64,000 bases of DNA, from positions 150,201 through 214,200 of the IMG/VR virus record IMGVR_UViG_3300032931_001151; one strand, given 5' to 3'. Position 1 is the stretch's first letter. Each line of letters starts with the position of its first letter. A model generated the notes under the pieces. That model did not search any database. It was not told the origin of the DNA and worked only from the letters and a program-made list of their open reading frames with translations. Made by a program: the position numbers and the translations under genes. This document shows, piece after piece, positions 28,654 to 38,694 of this stretch.

Positions 28654-29952
28654 ATGAAAACCGTAGCACATAAAAATATACATAATTGGTGGGATGGAAA
28701 AGTTATTATTGATGAAGTTAGGGAATATATAGACGATCGAGGATCGTTGACGGAATTGTGGAGAACTGATGACGAGGTAATGTGCGAAGACCCATATTGC
28801 CCGCAAATGTCATATTGGTCAATAACAAAGCCATATGTAATGCGTGGAATGCATCAGCATTCAATGGCTCAATGTGACTGGTTCTATACTTTCAAAAGTA
28901 AAATGGTGTATCAATTATATAACGAAGAAACTAAAGAGATGCGATGCTATTTCACCAATCCTAATGCTATAACAAGAGTTAAAGTGTCGCCCCCTATAAT
29001 TCACGGATATAGATCCCTAGAAAATAGAGATATAGTTACCGCAAATTTCCCATCTTCGCTATTCATGGGGGAGAATAAAAAAGAACCGATTGATGAAATT
29101 AGATGGGAAGATAAATTTAAGGATGTACCCGTAGTCTTCATTTTTGGCGCTAATGGTAGATTGGGTAAAGCTTTAACAAAATCTTTTTTTGATAATATGG
29201 GGTTTTGTACTTATGAGGTAGTTCCATGCTATGAGAAACTTAATAGTGTTGAAGAAGTTTCAAAATTGTTTAAGACACTTGAGGCATTGTTTAAAGGTAG
29301 AAAACTATATTTCTTTAATTGTGCTGCGCTAACAAATGTTCAAGATAAAAATACACTTTTTGATATTTGGGAATGGGCTAATGCTAAAATGCCATCATAT
29401 ATGGCAAACTATTGCGTTGCCAATGATTGGAAATTTATAGGGTTTAGCACGGATTATATATATCAAAATAGCGAAGAAACTAAAAATAATTATACGTTAT
29501 CAAAGAAGTTATTTGAGAAATTAATTGAGACTAATTCAAGAAATGATGGGATATCTATATTAAGAGTAGCAAATCTCTATTCAAAAGACCCTAATGATGT
29601 TCATAATGCCATTATTAAGTTTTGTAATGTTATAAAATCGTGTAAAGAAGCAACTATAGACCCAAAATTAAGTATATTCCCAACAAACGTAGAAATATTA
29701 TCTTTTAAAATTGTTGGATTATTTAAAAATTCATCATTTGATCATATGGATTGCAAGTATTTCAATATAATACCGAAAAAATATAAACTTGATAATTTTA
29801 TATCCACGTTCTTTCCTAACACTCCGATTAAAACTATTGACTCTAAATTAACTCCGTGGGATATAAAATTTGAAACCGATAAAGAGCCAATTAAATTAAA
29901 TATAGGTCAATCGGAAAATGCCATCCAAAATATAATTTCATTAAATAGTTAG
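28654..29952 (+). CDS. Fused dTDP-sugar 3,5-epimerase (RmlC cupin) and dTDP-4-dehydrorhamnose reductase (RmlD)
   Basis: DDRGSLTE; RGMH; IHGY; then GANGRLG, NCAALTNV, STDY, YTLSK. Confidence 0.8.
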   Translation: MKTVAHKNIHNWWDGKVIIDEVREYIDDRGSLTELWRTDDEVMCEDPYCPQMSYWSITKPYVMRGMHQHSMAQCDWFYTFKSKMVYQLYNEETKEMRCYFTNPNAITRVKVSPPIIHGYRSLENRDIVTANFPSSLFMGENKKEPIDEIRWEDKFKDVPVVFIFGANGRLGKALTKSFFDNMGFCTYEVVPCYEKLNSVEEVSKLFKTLEALFKGRKLYFFNCAALTNVQDKNTLFDIWEWANAKMPSYMANYCVANDWKFIGFSTDYIYQNSEETKNNYTLSKKLFEKLIETNSRNDGISILRVANLYSKDPNDVHNAIIKFCNVIKSCKEATIDPKLSIFPTNVEILSFKIVGLFKNSSFDHMDCKYFNIIPKKYKLDNFISTFFPNTPIKTIDSKLTPWDIKFETDKEPIKLNIGQSENAIQNIISLNS

Positions 29953-29994
29953 AATGTCATATTAGTATAAATACTAGTAAAAGGAATTACTATT

Positions 29995-30837
29995 ATGAAA
30001 AATATTAAATATATAGCAATGGGATATTTATTAGCAACAATAACCTTTGTTTTACTTAGTTGTGCTGATAATAGACCCATACAACAACCAGAAACTAAAC
30101 CGGAACAACAAATAGCGACCAATGTTCCGCAAGCACCAAAGGAAACTAAAACTCCATTGGAGCAGAAAATAGATGCTTTACAAAAGCAACTTGATGTATT
30201 AAATACAAAAGCGGATACGGCAGCGTCATCCGGAAATAAAGTAGATCAATTAACTGCCGAAAAAGATGCATTGTTAATAAAAACTCAATTAGCAGAAGCA
30301 TATGCCACGGAATGGAAGAATAACGCTGCCGCCTATAGTAGTCAAGGAAAAGAAAAAGAAAAAGAGTTAGCACAAGCAAAACTTGATGCTTGGAAGGTAA
30401 AACTTTGGTGGATGGCTGGGATTTGTGGGTTTTTAGCTATAGTTAGTGCGGGATTGGCTTGGGGAATGCCATTACTTAGACCTATAGCAAAAAAGGCAGC
30501 AATTATATTTGCGGCTATAGCTGGATTGATGTTATTTGTAGCGGAAAGTATATCAACAATTGCTTGGCTATTAGGATTAGTTCCATATATTATAGGTATT
30601 GCGGTTGTGATAGCAATGATATACATAGTAGTTGGCCTCTATCATTGGTGGTTAGATCACCATAGTTTATCTCAAGTCATACAAGCAATTGATCCTATTA
30701 AAACTCAAGTTTCCAACTTTGGAGAACATATGGAAAAGAATCTTGATTCGTCTTTAATAAAAAATATAGATAAGTATAGAGTTGGATTGGGAATAAAAAA
30801 AGTAAAATCTAAAATTCTAGATATACCGCAAAAGTGA
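29995..30837 (+). CDS. Late lipoprotein with coiled coil and three C-terminal TM segments (unimolecular-spanin-like architecture)
   Basis: Signal peptide with LLSC lipobox; TATAAATA at 29966-29973. Confidence 0.55.
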   Translation: MKNIKYIAMGYLLATITFVLLSCADNRPIQQPETKPEQQIATNVPQAPKETKTPLEQKIDALQKQLDVLNTKADTAASSGNKVDQLTAEKDALLIKTQLAEAYATEWKNNAAAYSSQGKEKEKELAQAKLDAWKVKLWWMAGICGFLAIVSAGLAWGMPLLRPIAKKAAIIFAAIAGLMLFVAESISTIAWLLGLVPYIIGIAVVIAMIYIVVGLYHWWLDHHSLSQVIQAIDPIKTQVSNFGEHMEKNLDSSLIKNIDKYRVGLGIKKVKSKILDIPQK

Positions 30838-30859
30838 AAAATAAATAATTTTATTTATT

Positions 30860-30889
30860 AAAACTCTAGTTAGAAATAACTAGAGTTTT
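30860..30889 (+). terminator. Intrinsic terminator
   Basis: AAAACTCTAGTTA-gaaa-TAACTAGAGTTTT. Confidence 0.8.
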
Positions 30890-30928
30890 TCTTTTTTGGA
30901 TATAGTATAGAGGTATATAGGAGATATT

Positions 30929-32809
30929 ATGACTAATGTGAATGATGTAAAGATACTCACCGATAATGACCATGTGTTATTACGAAGTGAAATGTACATT
31001 GGAACTGTTAGTTTAGAAAAACAACCTTTTTTCGTTCCAATAAATGATAAATTTAAAATTAAAGAAATTAATAATATTCCCGGACTATATAAAATAGTAA
31101 ATGAGATAATTGATAATGCTATCGATGAACATCAGAGAGGATTTTGTAGTGAGATTTGGATTTCGGCTGATACCGAAGAAGGAATTTATTCAGTAAAAGA
31201 CAACGGAAGAGGAATAAGCCCGGATAAACATGAGTGTGGCAAACATGTGCCCGAAGTTCTATTCACAATGTTAAGATCTGGTACTAATTTTGATGATAGT
31301 AAAAGAAATACACTGGGAATGAATGGAGTTGGAGCGGCACTAACTAATATATTTTCCACTAAATTTACGGTTGAAATACACCGTGATAACAAAATTTATA
31401 TTCAAACATATTCAAATAATAATAAAGATATCTCGTCGCCCCAAATATTAAAAGAAAAAACGAAACAAACTGGAACAAAAGTAACATTTATCCCCGATCA
31501 AAACATATTCAAAACCACTCTTAACCCGTTATTATTAAAAAAGAGATGTTTAGAGTTGGCCTACATGTTCCCCGAATTAACTATTAATCTTAGAGTTAAT
31601 GGGGAGACGGAAACATATAAAGGAAAAGACTTTGAAGAATTAGTAAAAATGTTTGGTGAAGAATACTATATATTAGATGAAAAGAAACTTGGGGTTAGAT
31701 TAGCCATAGTAAAAGGTGATGGTGAATCGTTCTCACACTTTTCAATAGTAAATGGAGCAGATACTATTAGAGGCGGAACCCACGTTGATTACATAAAAGA
31801 TTGCATAATTGATAAATTAAAAGAAGTCATAAAAAAAGAATATAAATTAGAAGCCACTTCAATTGACCTAGCTAAACATTTACATATTGTTAATTTTCTA
31901 AAAATGAATGCCCCTAGATTTGATAGTCAAACAAAAGAAAAATTGTCATCTTCTAAGGAGGATATTGCTAAGATATACGATCCTTTATTTACGACACGTA
32001 GAATTAATATGATACTTGATTCTATGAAGGGTTTAATAAATCAAATACACGAATCATTAATGTCAAAAAATGAAGCAAGGGAATTAGCGGATCTTAAAAA
32101 AGCACAAAAAGATATAAAATCAAAAAAAGTCGCAAAATTAATTGATTGTTCATCAAAAGATAGAAAAAATTGCACAATATTTCTAACTGAAGGAGATTCG
32201 GCTGTTGCAGGGTTATCGGCTATTAGAGACACTAAACATCATGCGGGTCTACCCTTGAGAGGTAAAGTGCTAAATGTGTCTGGAATGACACCTAAAGATA
32301 TTATAGAAAATAAAGAAATACAAACCCTTATGGGGGTTATTGGATTGGAATTTGGAAAATCTCCTATAACAATATCAAGAGGCAAACCAGATTTGAATGG
32401 TCTGAGATATGGTAATATTTCCATATTGACCGACGCTGACCATGATGGTAGTGCCATTAGGTGTTTATTGATTAATTTTTTCTTTAGATTTTGGCCAGAA
32501 TTATTTGAACATGGGTTTATAACCATTTCAGAGGCTCCGCTATATGAGGTCATAGAAAAGAAATCTGGAAAACAAGAATTTTTTTATGATAAGATAGAAT
32601 TTACTAGTTTCTTAAAAGGAAAGAATTCTTTAGATTATGAAATAAGTTATTTTAAAGGTCTTGGTTCATGTGATAAGAACGGATGGGATTTTTTCATAAA
32701 CAAAAAACCTAAAATGTATAAGGTTGATAAAGACGAGCAATCAAAATCAAAATTATTAATGGCATTTGGAGATGATGCGGATTTAAGAAAGCAATGGCTC
32801 CGTAAATAA
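30929..32809 (+). CDS. Type IIA topoisomerase ATPase/TOPRIM subunit (gp39+gp60 equivalent)
   Basis: EIIDNAIDE; DNGRGI; GMNGVGA; TEGDSA; PLRGK; TDADHDG; YFKGLG. Confidence 0.95.
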   Translation: MTNVNDVKILTDNDHVLLRSEMYIGTVSLEKQPFFVPINDKFKIKEINNIPGLYKIVNEIIDNAIDEHQRGFCSEIWISADTEEGIYSVKDNGRGISPDKHECGKHVPEVLFTMLRSGTNFDDSKRNTLGMNGVGAALTNIFSTKFTVEIHRDNKIYIQTYSNNNKDISSPQILKEKTKQTGTKVTFIPDQNIFKTTLNPLLLKKRCLELAYMFPELTINLRVNGETETYKGKDFEELVKMFGEEYYILDEKKLGVRLAIVKGDGESFSHFSIVNGADTIRGGTHVDYIKDCIIDKLKEVIKKEYKLEATSIDLAKHLHIVNFLKMNAPRFDSQTKEKLSSSKEDIAKIYDPLFTTRRINMILDSMKGLINQIHESLMSKNEARELADLKKAQKDIKSKKVAKLIDCSSKDRKNCTIFLTEGDSAVAGLSAIRDTKHHAGLPLRGKVLNVSGMTPKDIIENKEIQTLMGVIGLEFGKSPITISRGKPDLNGLRYGNISILTDADHDGSAIRCLLINFFFRFWPELFEHGFITISEAPLYEVIEKKSGKQEFFYDKIEFTSFLKGKNSLDYEISYFKGLGSCDKNGWDFFINKKPKMYKVDKDEQSKSKLLMAFGDDADLRKQWLRK

Positions 32810-32864
32810 ACTACTTTTATTCTATGATTTTGGACTTACGATGTGGGTATAAGGAGTTTATAAA

Positions 32865-33638
32865 ATGAGTGAATTTAATATACAAGCGACTCTTACGGAT
32901 AAACAAGCAAAGGACTTTTTTACTCCATTAAACGATATTTTGAGAAATTGTGGCCAAAAAGTTGTAATTAGATTTTTCAAAGAGAAGAAAATAATTATTA
33001 AGACTATTACTGAGCAACGAGATTTAATTCAATTTGTTAACTATAATGATAGTATTTCTTCTCTTTTCAATATAGAGAATGATTATAGAACTGGAATTTA
33101 TGACTTAAGTGAATTTGTTAATCTTTTCAAGATATTTGACACGGGATTAGATTTTAAGTATCACGCAAATGAGAAAAAAATAGAGTTAAGCAATAATGTT
33201 AACGGTGAGGATCAATCCCTTCAATACTATATTTGCGACGAAACTGTAGTCCCAAAGCCACCCGAAGGCATTGATTTTTCGAAGATTACATGGTCCACTT
33301 CATTTGTTTGGAATATCTCTAAATACGATACTCTTTTTAATGCAATGAAGAGTCTTAAATATCCCAATATAATTATAGTAGGAAAGAAGGACGAAAAGCA
33401 TCTAACGGTTTCAATTACCGAAAGTGATATCAAAACTACTACTTTTAAATCAAAGATAAATCTTGATGCTCCTATAGTATCAAGCTTCAATATAATTGTT
33501 GATAAGGCTAAATTCATCAACATAGTATCAAGTAGTATAAAAGAGTTTAATATTAATATATGTGAAAGATTGCTACATTTCAAGGGGAAGTCTGACATTT
33601 GTGATGTAGAATATATGCTTTCACCTTTGAAGAAATGA
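32865..33638 (+). CDS. gp45 sliding clamp
   Basis: GIYDLSEFVNL; position before clamp loader. Confidence 0.75.
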   Translation: MSEFNIQATLTDKQAKDFFTPLNDILRNCGQKVVIRFFKEKKIIIKTITEQRDLIQFVNYNDSISSLFNIENDYRTGIYDLSEFVNLFKIFDTGLDFKYHANEKKIELSNNVNGEDQSLQYYICDETVVPKPPEGIDFSKITWSTSFVWNISKYDTLFNAMKSLKYPNIIIVGKKDEKHLTVSITESDIKTTTFKSKINLDAPIVSSFNIIVDKAKFINIVSSSIKEFNINICERLLHFKGKSDICDVEYMLSPLKK

Positions 33639-33648
33639 GAAATATAAT

Positions 33649-34548
33649 ATGTCCGATTTACTTGTAGAAAAATATAGACCTACTACTTTATCCGATATTA
33701 TTCTATCGGAACAACTTAAAGAGAAGTTTAAAGAATATATTGACCAAAAGTATATTCCTCACATACTTTTAAATGGGCCACCGGGAATAGGGAAAACTAC
33801 GATAGCTAAAATACTAGCTAAAAGTATAACCGAAGATTATTTATTTGTATGTGCGAGCGATCACAATTCGGTTGAGGATATTCGTGGTAAAGTAAAAGGG
33901 TTTTGTATTACGATGGGATTCTCAAAATTTAAAATAGTTATTCTAGATGAATGTGATGCCATATCATTAAATGGCCAAATGATGTTGAGAAATCTAATGG
34001 AAGAGTTTCATGAAACTTGTAGGTTTATATTGACTTGTAATCTTGGAGAGAAAGTTTTAGATGCCGTGAAATCTAGATGTCAATCTTTTGATTTAGTTGC
34101 CCCGGATATGAAAAGTGTTGCTATGAGATGCATGGAGATATTAAAGAGTGAAAATATAAAATGTGATAATAAAGAAGATATTAAATCATTAGTAAAGAGA
34201 TTTTACCCAGATATTAGAAGAGTAATTAATAACTTACAAAAGATGACTACTAACGGGGAGTTTAAATATACAGAATCAAAATCGTTGGAAGACCAAGATA
34301 TACTAATAGAATCTTTAAAAAATGGAGATTTAAAAAAGATATACAAAGAAATTCTCGGCCCTGGTTGCGATTATATATCATTATATAGAATTCTTTTTGA
34401 TAGATGCGACGAGATATCGGAGAGCCAAAAGATAGAAATTATGTTAATTGTTGGCGATTTTCATAAATATCACGGATTGGTAATTGATCCACAGATACAT
34501 TTTAAGACTTGTTTACTAACTATCGCTAAATTAATATTCAAAAAGTAA
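33649..34548 (+). CDS. gp44 clamp loader AAA+ subunit
   Basis: EKYRP; GPPGIGKTT; ILDECD; FILTCN; SRC. Confidence 0.95.
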   Translation: MSDLLVEKYRPTTLSDIILSEQLKEKFKEYIDQKYIPHILLNGPPGIGKTTIAKILAKSITEDYLFVCASDHNSVEDIRGKVKGFCITMGFSKFKIVILDECDAISLNGQMMLRNLMEEFHETCRFILTCNLGEKVLDAVKSRCQSFDLVAPDMKSVAMRCMEILKSENIKCDNKEDIKSLVKRFYPDIRRVINNLQKMTTNGEFKYTESKSLEDQDILIESLKNGDLKKIYKEILGPGCDYISLYRILFDRCDEISESQKIEIMLIVGDFHKYHGLVIDPQIHFKTCLLTIAKLIFKK

Positions 34549-34555
34549 TAGTTTT

Positions 34556-35320
34556 GTGGTAGAATATACAATGGAATTTCTAAAAACTATAAAAAACTTC
34601 TTTAAAAGGACTTTAAACATGGAATTATATCTTGTTACTATTGATACAACTTTCTCTCAAAAATTAGGGAAGTCTTTGCAAAATTACGGCATTTGCTTGG
34701 CTAGTGATCCCAACAATGCACGAGAAAGATTTATACAACCTCTTCGTACAAGAGTTCCACCCAACGTTCTTGCAGATATATATCCATATGTATATGCCTA
34801 TAAATTGAGTGACATAACAGAAACAATTAATGACCAACATCCTATGTGGGCATATGTTTCTAATTCTCAAAATAGAAGCGTTGGACAACAAACAAAATAT
34901 CCATTTTTTGTACCAGTTCCTAATACAATAGAATCCCCGCCTCCAATTCAAGAAGTCCAACCTACCGCACCCCCAATTCCTATCGTTGAAGAGTTTAAAG
35001 CCCCCGATGGAGTAACGGATCCGGTCCAATTAGCTATGTTGAAGACTATGTATGATATGGCCAAAGAAATAAAGAGCTTAAAATCCGCTCCTTCCAACCC
35101 TCAAACAGGCTCAAAAGTATCAATACTTGATTTGGAGTCCCAATTTCGTGCACCACCTCCAGCATCTATTATGCCGGGGTCTTCACCTCTTAATGTTAAT
35201 TCTATACCCGTTCCACAAGTTCCACATGTTACTTCATTTCCTAAAGGAAAAATTGACCGTGAAACGAAAGCAAGGTTAGAACAAAATATGCGACCAAGTA
35301 ACTTTGAAGTTATAGATTGA
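34556..35320 (+). CDS. Proline-rich hypothetical protein between gp44 and gp62
   Basis: ORF in operon; exact start uncertain. Confidence 0.6.
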   Translation: MVEYTMEFLKTIKNFFKRTLNMELYLVTIDTTFSQKLGKSLQNYGICLASDPNNARERFIQPLRTRVPPNVLADIYPYVYAYKLSDITETINDQHPMWAYVSNSQNRSVGQQTKYPFFVPVPNTIESPPPIQEVQPTAPPIPIVEEFKAPDGVTDPVQLAMLKTMYDMAKEIKSLKSAPSNPQTGSKVSILDLESQFRAPPPASIMPGSSPLNVNSIPVPQVPHVTSFPKGKIDRETKARLEQNMRPSNFEVID

Positions 35321-35331
35321 TATAATAAATT

Positions 35332-35766
35332 ATGGCAAAGCGTGAAGGACTATCAAAGCAAATAAAAGAGAAGCCAACAAATTATCTTTTTGAAATTTTA
35401 AATGATATTAAAGTTTATAAAAAAGGTAATTTGTTGGATATTTCGGAGTATGAAAGAGCATTTGATAAGTTTATAATTATGAAGTTTCTTTCTATGAATG
35501 ACGAAATTTGTGAAATAATTAATTATGTTAATGATTTTCATGATATTTTATCTAAAAAACAACTTTATAAATTACTAATTGAAATAGTTCCTATCACAAA
35601 ATCATATGACCCGTATATAAAGTCGGATGTTGAGGTTATTGAAGATGGGGCAAAGAAAGTTGCGGAATATTACGAATGTTCTCTTAAAGATGCTAATGAA
35701 TATATAAAAATTATGGGGTCAGATTGGTTAGTGCTTTTAAATGGAAAATTTGGACGTACAATATAA
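35332..35766 (+). CDS. gp62 clamp loader small subunit
   Basis: FDKFII.KFLSM; YECS...A.EY; position. Confidence 0.7.
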   Translation: MAKREGLSKQIKEKPTNYLFEILNDIKVYKKGNLLDISEYERAFDKFIIMKFLSMNDEICEIINYVNDFHDILSKKQLYKLLIEIVPITKSYDPYIKSDVEVIEDGAKKVAEYYECSLKDANEYIKIMGSDWLVLLNGKFGRTI

Positions 35767-35805
35767 ATAATGATTGATATAAAACCTTATAAGGATTGAA
35801 ATTAT

Positions 35806-36210
35806 ATGAATGATTTAGATATTATTAATAAGATTGGAATAAAAGTTCTTTTAAAGGCCGACTATCCGATAGTGTGTGAAACTCTTGAAAGAATTGGCAT
35901 AGTTAATAAAATCGAAAAAAAGATATTCCCAAGTTGCTATTGTATAAAATATCAAGACCAAGAAGGTAGTGAATGTTATAGAATATGCCACTTCAAGGAG
36001 ATGTTTTTGCTCCAAAATAAAGAATCAACTTTCAATGATCTTGACAAGGTTCGTAGAAATACAATTGGATATTTGCTTCAATCATGGAATCTAATTGAAG
36101 CACTTAATCCGGATGATATTGCAGATATTCTAAATAGAAAAATACCAGTTGTTCCTTACAAAGAAAAGAAAGACTATAGAATAATACATAAATTTAGAAA
36201 TATTCATTAA
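35806..36210 (+). CDS. regA: RegA translational repressor
   Basis: VCETLERIGI; SC; Y.I.HFKEMF; D..RRNTI..LL..WNLI; K..Y....K. Confidence 0.88.
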   Translation: MNDLDIINKIGIKVLLKADYPIVCETLERIGIVNKIEKKIFPSCYCIKYQDQEGSECYRICHFKEMFLLQNKESTFNDLDKVRRNTIGYLLQSWNLIEALNPDDIADILNRKIPVVPYKEKKDYRIIHKFRNIH

Positions 36211-36249
36211 TTCCGTTTTTCCAACAATTTAGTTGGATGTGAAAATATT

Positions 36250-37377
36250 ATGTCATATGTGAAATTACCAAGTTATGCTATTAAAACTTCATTTTTTAGG
36301 GTGATGCATACGCAATCGCCGGTAGAATCCCGTCACTCTTTCTTATTATTAAGTTGTAAATGTCCTCTATGTGGGGACTATAAGAGAAGAATGTACCTAA
36401 GAGAATATCCGGGCGATTATCTTCTATTTTGCCATAATTGTGGATACTCAAGGCCATATGGTCTATATTTAAAAGACGAGAAACCCGATGAAATAGAGAA
36501 TTTAAAAGAATATTTTCTTAAGTCTATTAGCGACGGTTCGGCATTTAAACCTAAATCAAATATAATTGAAAAAGAACCTAAAAGTAAATTTGATGAAGTA
36601 AATTATAAATTAAGAAAGTATTTATCTTTTAGATCATTCCCTATATTTGATGAACAACCTAATGAGAAAAAAGAGAAATTTAGGCAACTATGTCTAAATG
36701 AGATGAAAAGACGAAAAATATCCGAAGAAATCTATTCCGATTTTTATTGCATTACTAAAGGTCCATTAAAGGGATATCTAGGCATTCCATTTTTTGATAG
36801 AGAACAAAAGAATCTTATTCATATTCAAGGTAGAAGAATGTTTAAGCCTAAAGATGAGTATGAGGAAAGTTGTTGTCCAAAGTACCTATTCTTAAAAGAT
36901 TCCGAAGAAGACATTATGCTTGATAAAAAATATATATGGGGACAATGGAACGTTGATAGAAGTAAAGAGGTAATCGTAAATGAGGGAACTCTAAATGCTG
37001 GATTTTACGATAATGGTATAGCAACGTGTGGCGCAAGAGTATCTTCTTCTTTTATATCAAAGTTAAAAACTGAATATCCTAAAAGAATTTGGGCATTTGA
37101 TAATATATGGAACGACGAAACAGGTAGAGAATTAACCATATCATTATTACATTCCGATGAAACGTGTTTTATTATACCAAAGGAATTTAAGGCTAAAGAT
37201 GGAAATGACTTGGCTTTGGAAATGAATGTTGATAAAATTCCTATGGACTTCGTTATGAAGAATACCTATAAAGGAAAGTCGGGACTTATAAAATTGAGCC
37301 TAATGGATGAAAGAATATCTCAAATAATTAAATATCAAATTAAAAATATTGAAAGAAAGAGTAATTATGCAAATTAG
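36250..37377 (+). CDS. gp61 DNA primase
   Basis: CPLCGD...CHNCG Zn finger; IPFFD; QGR; EG; FDN..D; KDGND. Confidence 0.88.
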   Translation: MSYVKLPSYAIKTSFFRVMHTQSPVESRHSFLLLSCKCPLCGDYKRRMYLREYPGDYLLFCHNCGYSRPYGLYLKDEKPDEIENLKEYFLKSISDGSAFKPKSNIIEKEPKSKFDEVNYKLRKYLSFRSFPIFDEQPNEKKEKFRQLCLNEMKRRKISEEIYSDFYCITKGPLKGYLGIPFFDREQKNLIHIQGRRMFKPKDEYEESCCPKYLFLKDSEEDIMLDKKYIWGQWNVDRSKEVIVNEGTLNAGFYDNGIATCGARVSSSFISKLKTEYPKRIWAFDNIWNDETGRELTISLLHSDETCFIIPKEFKAKDGNDLALEMNVDKIPMDFVMKNTYKGKSGLIKLSLMDERISQIIKYQIKNIERKSNYAN

Positions 37378-38668
37378 TGATATCATAGAAGGCCAATATA
37401 AGCCATTTAGTCATTATGTGATTGAATCTCGTGCCATTCCAAAAATAGCGGATGGCCTAAAGCCAGTAGAAAGAAGATCACTTTGGGCAGCTAAAAAAGT
37501 AGCGGCGAAAGAGTGGTGCAAAGTTAGTAAGTTGGCAGGCGCAACTATGAGCAATCACCCCCACGGAAATATGTCAATTGAAGCCACTATATCTTCTATG
37601 GCTCAAGACTTTGCCGGAGCCAACAACGTCCCGTTCTTTGACGGAAAAGGAACCTTTGGGTCGAGATTAACCGGATCGGGAGATGGATATGCATCGGCAC
37701 GTTATGTTGCCGTCAAACTATCCGACAACTTTTATAAGTACTTTGATGTTGATTCGGATTTGGTTCCATTTGTGCCTAATTATGACGAGACGGATAAAGA
37801 ACCTAATTACTTTTTACCTATAGTTCCCGCCGTTCTTTTGAATCCGACAACCGGTATAGCAGTAGGATTCGCTTGCGAGATACTCCCTAGAAACATTGAC
37901 GAGGTTAAAAAAGCACAAATAGCATATTTACAAGGTAAGAAATTGCATAACCTAACCCCATACTATAAAGGATTTAAAGGTCAAATTTATAAGAATGCTG
38001 AAGGAGGTTGGGCAAGCCGGGGTGTGTGGAAAATGGAAGGGAATAAAATACATATAAGTGAATTGCCTGCGGGTTACAATAGAGAACATTTTGTAAATAT
38101 TTTAGATAAATTGGATGAAAAGGGGATTATTAAAAATTTCGTAGACAATTGTAAAGAAGATTTTGATTTTGACATAGTATTGACTCAACCAATTACCGAA
38201 GAAGAGTTTATATTAAAATTCAAAATGACCAATAATCTTAATGAGAATATTACCCTTATTGGTTTTAATAATGAGGTTTTAGAGAAAATTAGTGATATTG
38301 ATGTTATAGAGAAATTCACTAAATGGAGATTTTCATTCTACTTGGACAGATATAAGAGAAAATTAGAAGATACTATAGTAGATCTAGAATTGAAAATATC
38401 TATACTATTGGTCATTGAAAAAGGAATATTTAAGAAATTTCCAAATCAATCAAAAAAAGAAATTATCAAGATATTACAAGATGAAAATATTAAAAAAGAT
38501 AATATTATAAAGATAATGCAACTCCCAATCTATAAATTTGGTAAAGATGAAGTAGATAAGTTAAAAACCCAAATAGATGAGTTAGAAAAGAATCAAAAAG
38601 AATATACGGATTTGGTCAACAATGAAGATAAAAGAAAAGAAATGTATATAAAAGAATTAAAAATATGA
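37367..38668 (+). CDS. Type IIA topoisomerase breakage-reunion subunit (gp52)
   Basis: RAIP...DGLKPV.RR; HPHG; G.FG; ASARY; GIAVGFA. Confidence 0.95.
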   Translation: MQISDIIEGQYKPFSHYVIESRAIPKIADGLKPVERRSLWAAKKVAAKEWCKVSKLAGATMSNHPHGNMSIEATISSMAQDFAGANNVPFFDGKGTFGSRLTGSGDGYASARYVAVKLSDNFYKYFDVDSDLVPFVPNYDETDKEPNYFLPIVPAVLLNPTTGIAVGFACEILPRNIDEVKKAQIAYLQGKKLHNLTPYYKGFKGQIYKNAEGGWASRGVWKMEGNKIHISELPAGYNREHFVNILDKLDEKGIIKNFVDNCKEDFDFDIVLTQPITEEEFILKFKMTNNLNENITLIGFNNEVLEKISDIDVIEKFTKWRFSFYLDRYKRKLEDTIVDLELKISILLVIEKGIFKKFPNQSKKEIIKILQDENIKKDNIIKIMQLPIYKFGKDEVDKLKTQIDELEKNQKEYTDLVNNEDKRKEMYIKELKI

Positions 38669-38694
38669 TATAATATCCTTAATGGGAGGATATT

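Noticed and set aside
36250-37377. Primase possibly inactive (EGTLN instead of EGxxD)
   Set aside because: The catalytic Glu and downstream acidic motifs are retained; this is within family variation.
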